Source: Sphagnum compactum (lineage: Eukaryota). Taken from it: DNA of 64,000 nt. Below the pieces are notes generated by a model that ran no database searches, was not told where the DNA came from, and saw only the letters and a program-made list of their open reading frames with translations. The stretch lies in contig OZ234493.1 in NCBI GenBank assembly GCA_965153455.1, forward strand, positions 13,506,213 through 13,570,212, given 5' to 3'. The position numbers and the translations under genes are program-made. The number at the start of each line of letters is the position of its first letter. The stretch's first letter is position 1. Shown here piece by piece: positions 1-12,195 of this stretch.

Positions 1-2
1 CG

Positions 3-3000
3 TCGATCAACCTTATTGGAAGAGCTAGCTCCAAGAAGGACTTTGTCAAGCGCACAGCCCTAGGAACAGGGACACAACACAGTTTTCATGATCCACACAG
101 TCTGCCATCCTTGGACTTAGCATTCCAGAGCTTCAAGCAGGTGTATCCAAGGTTTGAAGAAACTGTAGCTGTTGATTTTCTACGAGACAGGGAGTATCAT
201 GGACAATGTCTTCTTGCAGCAGAAGAGGAAAATGGACATGTGGTTTTGGACTATTGCGGTTTTGGACTCTTCTCACAATGGCAACAGGTGTGTGTGTGTC
301 CATCATCTGTTACTGTGTTCTCTCTGTGCTTCATGCTCTTCATGCTCAGAAGTATCCTCTTCATGCCTAATTGTGATTCTATAACAAAAATATCTGGAGA
401 AATTTTTTGTTTATATTCTCTTCATGCTGATTGCGTGATTCTAGAGCACAAATGTCTTGAGAATCTCACTGTTTTGATGTATGTGCTCTTCATTGTCTTC
501 ATACAGATTGTGATTCTAGGTTATGAATGTCTGGAGAATTTTAACAGTTTCTATATATTTGCTCTTTATGCTCTTTATACTGACTATAGTCCTCCTACAC
601 AAATGCCTGGAGAATTATACTGATTCTATGTATGTGCTCTTCCTGCTCTTGATACCAATTGCAGTTCTAGAAGGCAAGTGTCTGGAGAAGGTTTACTATT
701 TCTATGCATGTGCTCTTCAAGCTCTTCATACAGATTGTGATTCTAGGTCACAAATGTCTGGCGTACTTCAATGTTTCTCTGTATTTTCTCTTCATGCTCT
801 TCATACTGACTATGATTCTAGAACATGAATGTTTGGAGAAGTTTGCTGTGTCCATATGCATGTCCTCTTTATGCTCTTCATACTGAGTGCTGTTCTAGAA
901 TGCAAATGTCTGGAGAAGTTTACTGTGTTTATGCATGTGCTCTTCATACTCTTCATACCAATTGCAGTTTTAGAATGTAAATGTCTGGAGAAGTTTTACT
1001 ATTTCTATGCATGTGCTCTTCATGCTCTTTGTACCAATTGTGTGAGTCTAGAACACGATTGTCTGGACAATCTTACTATTTCTGTGCATGTGCTCTTAAT
1101 GTGTTAATACTAATTGTGATTCTAGATTGTGAATGTGTGGAGAATTTGAGTCTTGCTCTGCATTTGCTCTTCATTCTCTTCATACTGCTTGTGATTTTTG
1201 AACACAAATGTGTGGGGAATTTTACTGTTTCTTTTTGTGTGGTCTTCATGCCTTTCATATTGATTGTGATTCTAGAACATGAATGTCTGGACAATTTTAT
1301 TGTTTCTAGTGCATATGGTTTGTGGATTTGAAATGCTGAGGGAAGTCTTACTATACTTTCTTTTTGCCTTTGGATGCACAATCAGGTCATGGAGCAAGAG
1401 TCTTCATCATTTGAGTTGGATTATATTTCCGCAAATCTTCCAACACATGCGTTGTATGGGTGTTCTGATGATGGAAGCCTGGAGTGCTACATCCGGAAGC
1501 GAGTCATGAGATATATGAATGTCAATCAAGCAGAGTATAGTATGGTGTTTACAATGAGCGTAGAGTCTGCATTCAAGCTTCTGGCAGAGTCATACCCATT
1601 TCCAATCAACAATCGGTTGCTCACCATTTATGATTATGAGAGTGAAGCAGTGAATGGAATGGTGGCGAGTGCAAGAGACAAAGGTGCAAAGATAATGACT
1701 GCCTCATTCAAGTGGCCATCGTTACGGATTGTGGCATCTGATCTGAAGTACAAGCTACGAGACAAGAAGAAGAAAAAAGAGCAACAAGCAAAGGGCTTAT
1801 TTGTATTCCCTGTTCAATCTCGATTCACAGGTGCTAAGTATTCGTACCAATGGATGTCTCAAGCGCAAGCAAATAAGTGGCATGTTTTATTGGATGCATC
1901 TGCTCTTGGCCCTAAAGATATGGACTCTCTCGGACTCTCGCTTTTCCGACCTGAGTTTATCGTGACATCATTTTACAAGGTAATGAATGGTACACACATT
2001 GCTAAACTAAGCTGAACTATGGAGCTTCATGACTCTGTTCAGTTCATACTGAATTGTTTGAGCACTGCATTTTTTTTGACAGTTTTACTTTATTGGATTG
2101 TGAGTTGTTCTTGTCACTAATGTTGTGAGTTTGAATCATAGGTCTTTGGTATAGATCGGACAGGATTTGGGTGTCTTTTCATCAAGAATTCAGTGATTCA
2201 GAGCCTTCAGACTTCATCTAGGGCAAGAGGGGTAGGAATGGTGCGCATTGTTCCATCAGAACCTTCGAACTCCAATTCACTTACATTCAGTGATGGCAAA
2301 GCTGAGGGAGAAGACAGGGAGGGAAATGACAAGAGGGAGGGTAACAACAGCCACACACTAGCTCAAGAAAATATGGAAGTGGACGAAATAGAAGAGTTTC
2401 TGGATGCTGAGGATTGGTCAAGTCCTGGGGGGAATCATGTGGATTCAGTGAGCTCTGAACAAGACTCAGCTAGCCAGTTGAGGCATGTGTCATTTCTGGA
2501 TAGATTGTCTGCTGGTGGATCTGTGAATTCAGGTGTGAACTCTGAAATTGGCTCTGTAATTGGTTCACATGACAATGAGATTGCACCGAACATCCAACCT
2601 GAACTTGAAGATAAGGAGGGGGAGGTTAGAAACCAAGGGCATGGTGGCAATTTAATGCATAGTGATATTGAGAATGTTTATGAAGCAACTCTCAATCCTG
2701 GGTTATCTTTATCTGATGATAAGGATGTTGAAGCAGGTACAAAATGCCCAACTCCTTCTCACAAACTTAGAACCTCATCTATGATGCAAAGCTGGAATGG
2801 AATTTCATCACATAACTTATTGATGTTTTCTTAACTTGTTTTATGTTTCTGTTTTCCATTTGTGATTCAATCTGTTCAAGATGGTCATCAAGTAGAAGAG
2901 ATTTGTGTAAGATTTGAACAGATTTTTCGAGCTCTATCCCAGAGAATAAACATGCATGACTAATGCTAGCAGTTGGGGGTGATGAAATTGGGGTTTCACA

Positions 3001-5218
3001 GTGGGAGCAAGAGAAGTGGAAGTGCTTGATGATGGGGTGCTAACAGATGATGAAGAGGCAGATGCATCTGTTTTCCCTCTCATGAGACAAGTTTTACCCA
3101 CTCCAACAAAAGCTGTGGCTTGTCAGGCTGATGATTATGCATTTGAGGAGCACCATTTGTCAGAGCTGATAACTTCATCTCCCATCACTGTTGGCAGTGA
3201 TACTGGGGAAGATAACAGCATACAGCAAGAGCGGCAGTTTAACTTGCATGAAGAGGATTTTACACCTCATCAAGGCTTTCATCCATCTCTCAGTCGAATT
3301 GGAGAAGAGGAAGATATTGTGAATGGGGATGAAGTTACCTCCTTCCATGTGCAATCGGAAATAGAGGAGGATACACCAGATGAGTCCACATGTATGAAAT
3401 CCACAAACCCACAGCTTGAGAAATGCTTTCTTGCTTGCCAAATTCTCTTCTTTCTACACACAGCTAGTGATTTTAGTTGCCATTTTGACAATTATGATGT
3501 TTGATGTGCAGCCAGAAGTGACCTGAGAAGCCACCAGAACCCATTGTTCATCAATCCCTCCGAGGTGCATGAAAGGTGCCTCTGGAAGTGTGCTAACGAG
3601 GATGATGCAATTGCCAACCAGGAGTCTCAGATGATTCCTCAGCTGCTGGACATGCTTGGAAAACGAGTTGATGAATATAGTAGACCAGAATCAGCAGCAG
3701 ATTTAGGTTCTAGTGTGATCCGTAAGGGGGATGAGGAACATTTTTTAATGGAGGGGAGGGAGGCAGGTAGTTTTTCTAGGCATAGACGAATACTCTCATC
3801 ACTGGAATGGAATTTTGATGGAGAAGCAGAGCTGGATTTCAGTGAGCGAGAGGCTTATGATGGTACTAATGGAAGACGGTTTCAATACTGGAGTCCTGGG
3901 GAGGTAAATAATGGATTTCAACTCGCCCTATTAATTGATTTTTTCCCAATTAAATCACTGCTGCAATCTTAGTAAATGCAGAAGTAAATGTACAGCATCT
4001 TAGTTTCATATCCTGCAAAAAATGTCTAAACAGAAGGATCATTCTTCTATAATACTGTGGGTAAAGCAAAAGAATATTTTGCATTTTGATTTCTGTCTGG
4101 GAGTCATATTTTTTGTTTTTGTGAAATGAATGGAAAACAGGAGAGCAACAAATGGGCAGAGCCGTATGCAATTTCAACAAATGGCTCTCCCTTGTATTAT
4201 GAAGAGGAAGGAGGAGGCTCAGTTGAGGAAAGTGAGCCTGAAATGCTGGATGACAATAACGGTGTCACTTGTAGTGGACTTGATCATGCAGATTCACAGG
4301 GTCTTAACAAAATCACTCGAAGGTTGCGGTGAGCAAGTCTCCCAGTGTCCCAATTTTGTACTGAAGAATCCAGTGAATGCATGCGGAATGGTCTTCACCA
4401 GTTACACAGACTCTAGCTGCTTTTGCTTATGATGACACCCAGCAACAATATTATTTCTGGGTTCTCTCTTGTTACTACTAACATGGATGTTTGATGCCAG
4501 GTATTTAACCAACTGGGTGATAAGTGCACTGCTCAAGCTGCACCATCCAGCACAAGCAGAAAGCCAAGGCACCCCATTGGTCCATATTTATGGTCCTGAA
4601 GTACAATTTGACCGGGGTGCATCATTGGCGTTCAATATTCTGGATCAGAATGGGGTGGTAGTGCAACCCAAGTTAGTGCAACAGTTAGCTGATCAAAGCA
4701 ATATTTCATTGGGCTTGGGAAAGCTTTGTAATATCATCTACCCTGAAGGCTTGCGAGGCTTTCGGGTACCCTAAACCCTAAATCCTGATTTTTTTGTACA
4801 CAATGTGGCTATGGGATTTTGCATTACTTGCCAACGGTCTGCACATTCACATTAATGGAAATTAATGGAAAAAGTGATGCACTTAAATAAATACTTGATC
4901 CATCAAACATGTGTTTTTCATTGACTCAGTTGCTTTTATTGGGTACAGGGCTTACATCTTACAGAAAAGACAGTTGCCCCAGGAGGAAAAACAGATGGGA
5001 TGTTTGAGAATCCCCGAGCCTCAAATGCTAACAAGGGAGACCGACCTTCAAGTATTCCTGTAGTGACAGCTGCACTAGGTTTTGTGACGAATTTTGAGGA
5101 TGTATATCGCCTGTGGGCATTTGTGGCTAAGTTTCTAGATGTGAATTTTGTATCTGAAAGAGGAGAGTTAGCAACAGCAGTACCACTTACTTTTAACCAA
5201 GAAACAGTTGTACTTTAG
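3..5218 (+). CDS. Molybdenum cofactor sulfurase-like / aminotransferase class V PLP-dependent protein, 5'-truncated by the window, no MOSC domain. Exons 3-287, 1386-1979, 2142-2736, 3002-3391, 3512-3903, 4141-4328, 4501-4765, 4949-5218
   Basis: All seven introns are GT..AG with consistent phases. The exons sum to 2979 nt (993 codons, ending TAG). Family motifs: VVLDYCGFGLFS, LLTIYDYESEAV, GLFVFPVQSRFTGAKYSYQWM, WHVLLDASALGPKDMDSLGLSLFRPEFIVTSFYK/VFG, GLDHADSQGL, YGPEVQFDRGASLAFN, VVTAALGFVTNFEDVYRLWAFVAKFLD. Confidence 0.88.
310..1310. repeat. Degenerate ~60-65 bp minisatellite filling intron 1, about 15-16 units
   Basis: Recurring unit approximately ATGTGCTCTTCATGCTCTTCATACTGATTGTGATTCTAGAACACAAATGTCTGGAGAATTTTACTGTTT. 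It explains the repetitive Cys/Leu ORFs in the track. Confidence 0.9.
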
Positions 5219-5311
5219 ACCCACCAAACCTTGGGAGGAGGGAAAGCTTAAATTCTACCAGACACAAGTTTTGATTCATTTATTTCCCATGTTCTTACAG
5301 TTTCTGAATAT

Positions 5312-6018
5312 AGAGAGAAACAAACACACATGTCCAGATATCCTATCACAGCTCAAGTGTTTTTAGGTTCTCTAAGTGCTTCACACAAGTCACCAAAGAA
5401 GCTCTTCATTACGTGAGATTCCTTCTTCCCTAGAATAACAGAAACCTCCTGAGCAATCTGTACTACCCAGGAAGCAAATGAACATCTCCACAAAAAAAGA
5501 CTAATAAACAAAGCAAAAGATGTGCAGAGAGATCTCGTAGAGAATGTGGAGAGAAACACACACACACACACATGTCCAGATACTCTTAGCACAGCACAAA
5601 TGTTTTTTATGGTTTACATAAACACCATTAAGAGCTCACATTGTAGTCAAGGGAAAGCAAAAACCAATATTTTGTTGTAACACAGAGATCACATGCAACA
5701 GCAACTACTGAAAAATGCTGTTCTTTACATGGGATTTCTTCATCTCTAGAACAGAAACCTCCTGAACAATCCACACTGCAAAGGAAGCAAATGAATATCT
5801 CCACAAAAGACTAAGCGCCAAAGCAAAAGATGCACAGAAAAATCCCATAGAGAATGTGGAGAGAAACAAACACACATGTCCAGATACTCTTATCACAGCT
5901 CAAATGTTTTTTAGGGTTTACAGAAACACCAGCAGGAGCTCACATTTGTAGTCAAGAAAAAGCGAAAAAAAATAGTTTGTTGCAACACAGAGATCAGATC
6001 CCAACAGCAACTACCGAA
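5312..6018. repeat. Tandem duplication of a ~310-bp unit (about 5405-5712 and 5720-6018) plus a partial third copy at 5312-5370
   Basis: Shared blocks AGAAACCTCCTGA, GGAAGCAAATGAA, AAAGCAAAAGATG, AGAGAATGTGGAGAGAAACA, CACATGTCCAGATA and CAACAGCAACTAC occur in the same order in both copies. Confidence 0.88.
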
Positions 6019-6176
6019 TGAAAGAAGTTAAGATCAGCTTCTTCCTCAATACACCAATAGAGTGGGGCTTCAACAAGCATAAGATCCTAACCTGATCCTG
6101 AAAACAAAGAAGCTGGATCTTGGACTTAGGGTTGGTTCTGTAAAGAAGAAGATCATCTCATCATCATGTCTAGACC

Positions 6177-6365
6177 TTACTTTTGTTCCTCTTTCGGGGG
6201 AGGAAACAACTGATCCTTCATCCACCCAAAAGGTTGGACCATCCAAATGGCACCCAGCAACGCAGTGCCTCCCCAAAGCACGCCGGCGCCGACATCCGAA
6301 TACGTAGGTCTCAGAGCCTTGGGAATGAAACCCATCAAGGAACTCCCTTGCCTTGCTCCGGCCAT
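6177..6365 (-). CDS. QCR10: Cytochrome b-c1 (complex III) ~6.7 kDa subunit, QCR10/UQCR11-like, 62 aa, intronless CDS
   Basis: MAGARQGSSLMGFIPKALRPTYSDVGAGVLWGGTALLGAIWMVQPFGWMKDQLFPPPKEEQK has one TM helix and the plant QCR10 signature W-G-x(5)-GAIWxVQPFGW with a PPP-xEE-K tail. True ATG at 6365-6363; TAA at 6179-6177. Confidence 0.85.
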   Translation of the reverse strand: MAGARQGSSLMGFIPKALRPTYSDVGAGVLWGGTALLGAIWMVQPFGWMKDQLFPPPKEEQK

Positions 6366-7028
6366 CGCCCTTCTTTCCACTACTTCTTCTCCTCTTTCTT
6401 CCTGCCGTGCACAAAAGCTTCCTCACGTCTTCACCAAACCAGTAGGATTCCTGTGCCGTTTTTCGATCTCTCAGCTTCTTCCGCCCCTACTTGCTTCCTC
6501 CTCGCCGCAGATTGCTCGCTGTTCCTGTCCAGATGCTCACGTATTTTCTCCAAAACTTTCTCGCAAGCAATCAGCAAACCCCAAGTGCGGCGACAGAAGA
6601 GAAGAATTTGGAAAAGTCCGAAGGAGCGAGCGAGCGGGCAAGCATTCATCAAGGGGCAAGGGACATACCCGGATCGGGCTACAACCGCCTCATAACCGTT
6701 TGAAATACCCGTGAACCATTTTGTCTGCCCGCGAAAGAAAGTTCTTCGTCCATTGTTTGCAACTTTTTTGGAAGTTTTATTTTCCTCCAGTTGAATTTCA
6801 AATTTCAAAATGGGCATGACCAAAATTGTAGGCTTCTTATTTTATTGCCTTTCGGGGACCTCCGAATTGTTTTTGGGGGGATTGAGGTGTAACTTAAATT
6901 AAATTGAATTGTAACTTAAAGTGTTTCATTGTCCCTAATGAGTTGATGAATTTTAGTTGATGTCAATTGTTCCCATTGTCTACCTCCAAAACAAGTTTGA
7001 CGTGAATTTTTTAGGAATACAAAGATTA

Positions 7029-7332
7029 AAGATCCCCACACTATTCATGCCAAGTTAGCATTACTTTTAATACAATTAGTCCATACTTAATCTCATGTAT
7101 GTATGTGTTGTATTAGCTCTCACTGATTGTCAAGTTCATGGTCATATGTGTTAAATACTCATATAGTCACACCTTCAACCATTGTCAATGTTTGCAACTA
7201 AGAATATGTGCTTGATTAGAATAAGATCCCAACACTCTAATCATGCAATTAACATCATGACTATAACAACGATTAATCATACTTAATCTCATGGATGGTT
7301 TGTACTAGCTTTCAGCCATTGTCAAGTTTATA
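7029..7332. repeat. Diverged direct repeat, ~110 bp x2 (7029-7140, 7223-7332)
   Basis: AAGATCCC(C/A)ACACT...TCATGC...CATACTTAATCTCATG...TAGCT...ATTGTCAAGTT occurs in both copies. Confidence 0.75.
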
Positions 7333-7808
7333 ATTAATGATTATCATGTAGAGGATTTTTTATTTTGTTTCCAATTTTGTGATGTAGCCCACAATGGCAA
7401 TCATCAAGAAATTGAATGAGCAAAATCTGGCTGCAGGTAAGAGAGGCAAGTAGAAAAATTTAAGAATATTTTGGTGACCTGTTGGAACCTACCTATCGTC
7501 TCAACATTGCAATTTGGTGCATTTTTCTCACAAGAATCCTTTGTATCCAGTTGCACTGGATTATTATTTTTTGTAGCCAAGTGGCAAAAATGCTCAAAAA
7601 AAAGAAAACCCTCTGATCATGTGTGTTGAACACTTACATGATATCAAAATTTCACCCTAAACTTTGTCATTTAGTCTTTCCAACTCCCAGATCACTTATG
7701 TGTAGGAGAATGGCAGCCCTAGAGGCTCTTCCATGTTTTGAGGTACCACCATAATGGTGGTGGTAGCCTGAGCTGTGGGACCAAAAAACATGGAAGAACC
7801 AAAACGGC

Positions 7809-7841
7809 TGTTCATTCATTATCTGGTATAATGAATGAACA
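7809..7841. repeat. Perfect 14-bp inverted repeat with 5-nt loop, probably part of a MITE-like remnant
   Basis: TGTTCATTCATTAT-CTGGT-ATAATGAATGAACA, flanked by further TTCATTCAT/TTCATC motifs. Confidence 0.7.
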
Positions 7842-8677
7842 AAATTTTCATTCATCTGAACAGATTTTCATTCATTATTTCCCCTTTTCATCATCCGAGC
7901 ATGAATCTTACATGTTGTAAGAATTCTTCCACAACATAAGATGCCTGACAAATATTCTGCTTGACAATGCACCTCCAAATACAAATTTTAAAAATTGCCC
8001 CTTCTTTATATTCTCAGAATTGTTCAATACTATAAAAACCTTTGAGAATAATTCAGACCCTTTAAATTGGAGTTGGGTGGGTGACCCTTCTTCTCATATA
8101 CAAACAGTACAAAAACACAAAAATGTAGGAACAAAGTGCAGCAATCCAGTCTTGGTCTGGTATTGAGTTATATTACCTCACGTCCCTACCATGCTGGTTC
8201 TGGTACAAGGCTGGTATGGCCTCAAGTCATACCAGCGAGGTACAGTCCTTGCTACCGGTGTTATAACAGGGCACAAGCCTGGACTGCAGACCAGCAGTGG
8301 TTGGAAGCTCTAATAATAATTAGTATGGCAGATGGGTTTACACAGAAGAAAGCATGTGCTAAAAAGATGCTCTTCTAGGCAATACTACTACTATTCACAG
8401 CAGTTGATTGAGAGAAGCAACAGAGAAATTGATTCCAAACACAAGTTTACATAATCCACATTGGTATCTAACAATTCATGTCAACTATATGACTCAGGAG
8501 CAGCAGAATGATGCAAAAATTGAGGCTGTATTATGATGCCAAAAAGAATGGGAGAAATTCTCAATTTGATGGGTTCTGATGTTGCAAAGTGAGGAAGAAG
8601 TGCAGCACACATGCATGATGGATGGGTGTGAAACAAACAAGTGGGTGGGCTTCTGGGGCTTCTGGGTTTCTGGATTT

Positions 8678-10929
8678 CTATGGAACTGCATCAAACCTTG
8701 TCTCAAAAGCCCAACAGTGTCTCTCATTCCACGAAAGGGAAGCCAAAACCTCCATCTTCTTCCAACATTGCTTGCGATTGTCAAACATCCACACACACAA
8801 CTTGGCAGGTTGTAGCAAATCGCGTCGACCAATCCAGAACATGTCCTTCCAAACCCAGAAAGAGGTCCAGATGTTCAGAGTCAATGCAGACTCAGGAATT
8901 GAGATGATCTTCTTCCAATCAAGCCATGGAAATTCACACTCCCATATACCCTCTGAGCCTGGACTCCAACAGAATGCATAAGCATGCCCTTGAGAATCAA
9001 ATTTGAGCATTGTCTTTGTTGCTTCTAGATTGGCTGTCAACACAGTCTCAATTGGAAGTCTTGTCTGCCCATTAAAATATGTGAACATCTCAAGAAGACT
9101 CCAATTCCAGTTGGAGATGAGTTTGAAGATTTGTCCCTCGATGTTGCAGGAATTCATGTCAGTTTCTGTGCTCCAACGATCAGTTGATGAGTCATAAATC
9201 TCGATGATCCAGCTTTCTGGGGTTGTTGCTGCATGATGCCGTTGTGCAAGAACCGTCCTGCCGGTGTACATGAGGGTGATGGTGTAGACCTTTATGGGTT
9301 CATTCATCTCCATTTTGATCAAACTGGGTTCCACATCAGGAAAATGACATGGGGGAAGCATTCTCCGAGAATTCGTGGTAGGATTCATCACTACAATACG
9401 TCGTCGAAGATCAGCTGCTGTGGTATGGCTCAACCGAAAACAACAGGCAACTAAGCCTCCTGCTGTCACTAAAGGCTGAATATGTGCAGGAGATGATCGT
9501 GGTGAATGTAAGTGACGGCTGAACCATTCATGAGCACAAGTGTCAAAGGTCATGGAATTCACTGCCAATCCAATGAGATCACAAAACAGCCCAACTGGTC
9601 TTCTTGAAGGAACATCTGAAAATAGCTGCTGAAATGAAGTGGAGAAGATGAAGGATTTCCAGTGTTGATTCAGAGATCGCAGACGAAAGATGGCTTTCAG
9701 TGGAAGTCTAGCAAAGATGAGCTCCATTGTATTCTCTGGAAGCTTGCTCCATGTCAAGGCATCCAACGTCTGCTTTAAATATTTTGCTCGTGTTTGTCCT
9801 ATTGCCTCCTTTGCATGTGCAACAGATCTGTAAAGTCTTGTCAACTCTGGAAATTCCCTTCTGACCTCCTTTGCAAGAAAGATTTGATCGATATGGATGT
9901 AGCTAGTTTTGTTAAGTGGGCAAGTAAGTATTATATGTGTAGCTTCTTGCAACAAGACTGCAAGTAAGATCTGTGAGTGATTGTTCAGCTCACAAGCTAT
10001 GGCACTGGATCTCTCTTGCAATTCTGATATTCTTAGTTGCATAAAAGAGACTAGAGGATGTGGCAACCATTTGTTGTCGTCTTCTTAAATGCAGAATTTT
10101 CAGTTTGGAAAACAAGCAAGGTTCCTTGTTCTTCATCCATGTTCCACTTCAAGTTCTTCTCAGTTTCTTTCACAAGCTTCAGATAACCAGCTAATGAATC
10201 TTCCACCCACTTGCTTTTTTCCAGCAAGTTTTGCATGTCTGCACTTGTTGGTTCATCCTCATGACCTGCTGCTGATCCTGTCAAGGAGTTACTGCTGGAA
10301 CCAGCAATAGCAGCAATAGCAGCAGCAGCAGCAGCAACAGCAGCAGGTTTGAATGGTGCCCATGCTTGCAAAGCTTGTGTGTCTCTGCTCATTGCTGTGG
10401 CCAATTCAGCAGTCATGGTGTGCACTTGTGCAAGCCTCTTTTGAATGAATGCAGCTTCACAGTCTGGCTGCAACATGTATGATGGATGCAACACAGTTGA
10501 GCGAGTAGCAGTTCTGGTGGAGAGAAAGCCTTTCAATGCTTCCAACTGAGAGTCAAGGTTACGCAAAGTGTTGATGAAGCGAGCAACTCTTGTGATGACC
10601 TGCTTGCTCTTCTCAAACACTCCTGTCCTGAACTCAGCTTCTGTTTGAGACTCTAGGCATTGCATGTTGTCTGACCCGGATGCCATAGAATGTAGCAACT
10701 CCTCGTCCTCCTCAGCATCTGGACCACTGCATAAAAAACACTTGAGGTGCAGCAGGGATTTTACAAGGTGCTCATCATCTTCTGTCCTTCGAGCACTTGT
10801 AAGAAGGGCTTGAGACAGAGACAGAGACCCAGAGAGACAGGAAGACAGAGAGAAGTCAGAGGGTCGGGTATGGATTTGTAACGCAACGCATTGAAACTGT
10901 TTGCAGTTGGGATTTGGGATTGCTGCCAT
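8678..10929 (-). pseudogene. F-box protein with long helical N-terminal extension and beta-propeller-like (FBA/kelch-like) C-terminus. Intronless, interrupted by one frameshift near 10086 (pseudogene, allele or assembly error)
   Basis: F-box motif WSKLPENTMELIFARLPLKAIFRLRSLNQHWKSFIFSTSF. Downstream motifs AGGLVACC, VVMNPTTNSRRMLPP and EIYDSSTDRW. The two long ORFs (10051-10983 and 8678-10066) overlap in different frames. First ATG at 10929. Confidence 0.75.
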
Positions 10930-11028
10930 TGATGATGAGGATTCTTCGGACAACTGTGGAGCTTCCTCTTCTTCTTTAGCCACAATTGCATTGAAGGAAG
11001 GAAAGAAAGAAGACGAAGCAACAACACT

Positions 11029-11089
11029 AGGTTTAGGGTTTTAGATTTTAGGGCTTTGGGTTTAAGCAGATGGGGGTTTAGGGTTTGGG
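11029..11089 (-). promoter_or_regulatory. Cluster of telo-box / degenerate TTTAGGG repeats 5' of the F-box gene
   Basis: GGTTTAGGGTTTTAG, TTTTAGGGCTTTGGG and GGTTTAGGGTTTGGG (AAACCCTA on the coding strand). Confidence 0.5.
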
Positions 11090-12116
11090 TCGCGATGGGT
11101 GGCTTTCTTTGTACCGGAGAGAATGAGCCTCTGTGACCAACTCTTGCCAGGCAGAATTGGTTTCTGATGATCGAGTCCTCCATCCATAGTCTTTGAGCTA
11201 CTGTTGTTGTTCAGTTGTCGTGGGTACCCAATTTATCTCTATCTTGTCCAGGAGAATGATGTCTGAATTGCTGATCAGCATTGTAGATTGTCTCTTCACC
11301 CAAGGAGTCATGGCTTCCTTGTCATACTAGGAACATTGTCTAATGGCCTTGACCACAGCTGTTAAACTCTTTCTAAACCTTTCCTCAAGGACTCAGGAGC
11401 CACTAAGAGCCAAATAGTGCATCTTCAAGGAGGGCCTCCTCTGTAAGAATCTTTGACTTTCCTGATTCACTGATTTGCAGGATCTACCTTGTGTTCTGTT
11501 CTTATTGTGCTTTGTTCAAATTTGTTGGCTTATGATGTACAATGATCTCTTTGTTTAATGTGTTAAACATTCAGTATGTTAAGGACTATCATCCTTATAT
11601 TTAAAGGTGTAAAAGTGGATTAAATTTCTATGGAAGGTGTTTTTGGTATTGACCAACATGGAATGATCTTATGCAAGGTAGGTCTATTTTTGGATCCAGA
11701 TATGGGATCAGGGGAGCCCTTAAGCTTTTGAGATGTTTTTCTTCACAACCAAGCTCTTGAGAATATTGTCACCTCCTCGATGGTTTGCAGATCTCTGTCC
11801 TAGCAGTGAATTCCTCTTTAGGATTATTAATGCTGGAAACGACCTGCACATCTTATTGACTAGCATTAGGATGATATGTTTTAACCATCTGAACTTGGCT
11901 CATGCAGGTTTTGAACAAACCCTAAATCTACATGGTACCTATCTTATCCTTGCTGATGTTCCAGGGGACCTTCCGAAGCCATTGGTTTCAACTTTCCTAG
12001 CAAAGATTCATGTTTGGAACATGCAAGTGGAAGACAACAACGTCAGTGGGTGAGCAGATGAATAGGCTCACACGAGCAGGTGAGCAGACTCACGTGAATA
12101 GGAAGGAATCTTTTTA

Positions 12117-12195
12117 AATATTCCATGTCATGTCATAAAATATTCTTTGTATATTCATTTTCCATGTGGCAAAATATTTCATGACATGGAATATT
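12117..12195. repeat. Perfect 16-bp inverted repeat (MITE-like foldback)
   Basis: AATATTCCATGTCATG (12117-12132) and CATGACATGGAATATT (12180-12195). Confidence 0.7.

Noticed and set aside
288-1381. Cys/Leu-rich ORFs (e.g. 523-828, 829-1107, 981-1331)
   Set aside because: They are translations of the intronic minisatellite between canonical splice sites of the sulfurase-like gene.
6177-6365. TOM7 as the identity of the small ORF
   Set aside because: It lacks the TOM7 HYGFIP.I...G context in its TM helix; GAIWMVQPFGW fits QCR10.
6070-6823. Overlapping 118-170 aa ORFs on both strands
   Set aside because: Shadow ORFs of the GC-rich QCR10 gene and its 5' region; no motifs.
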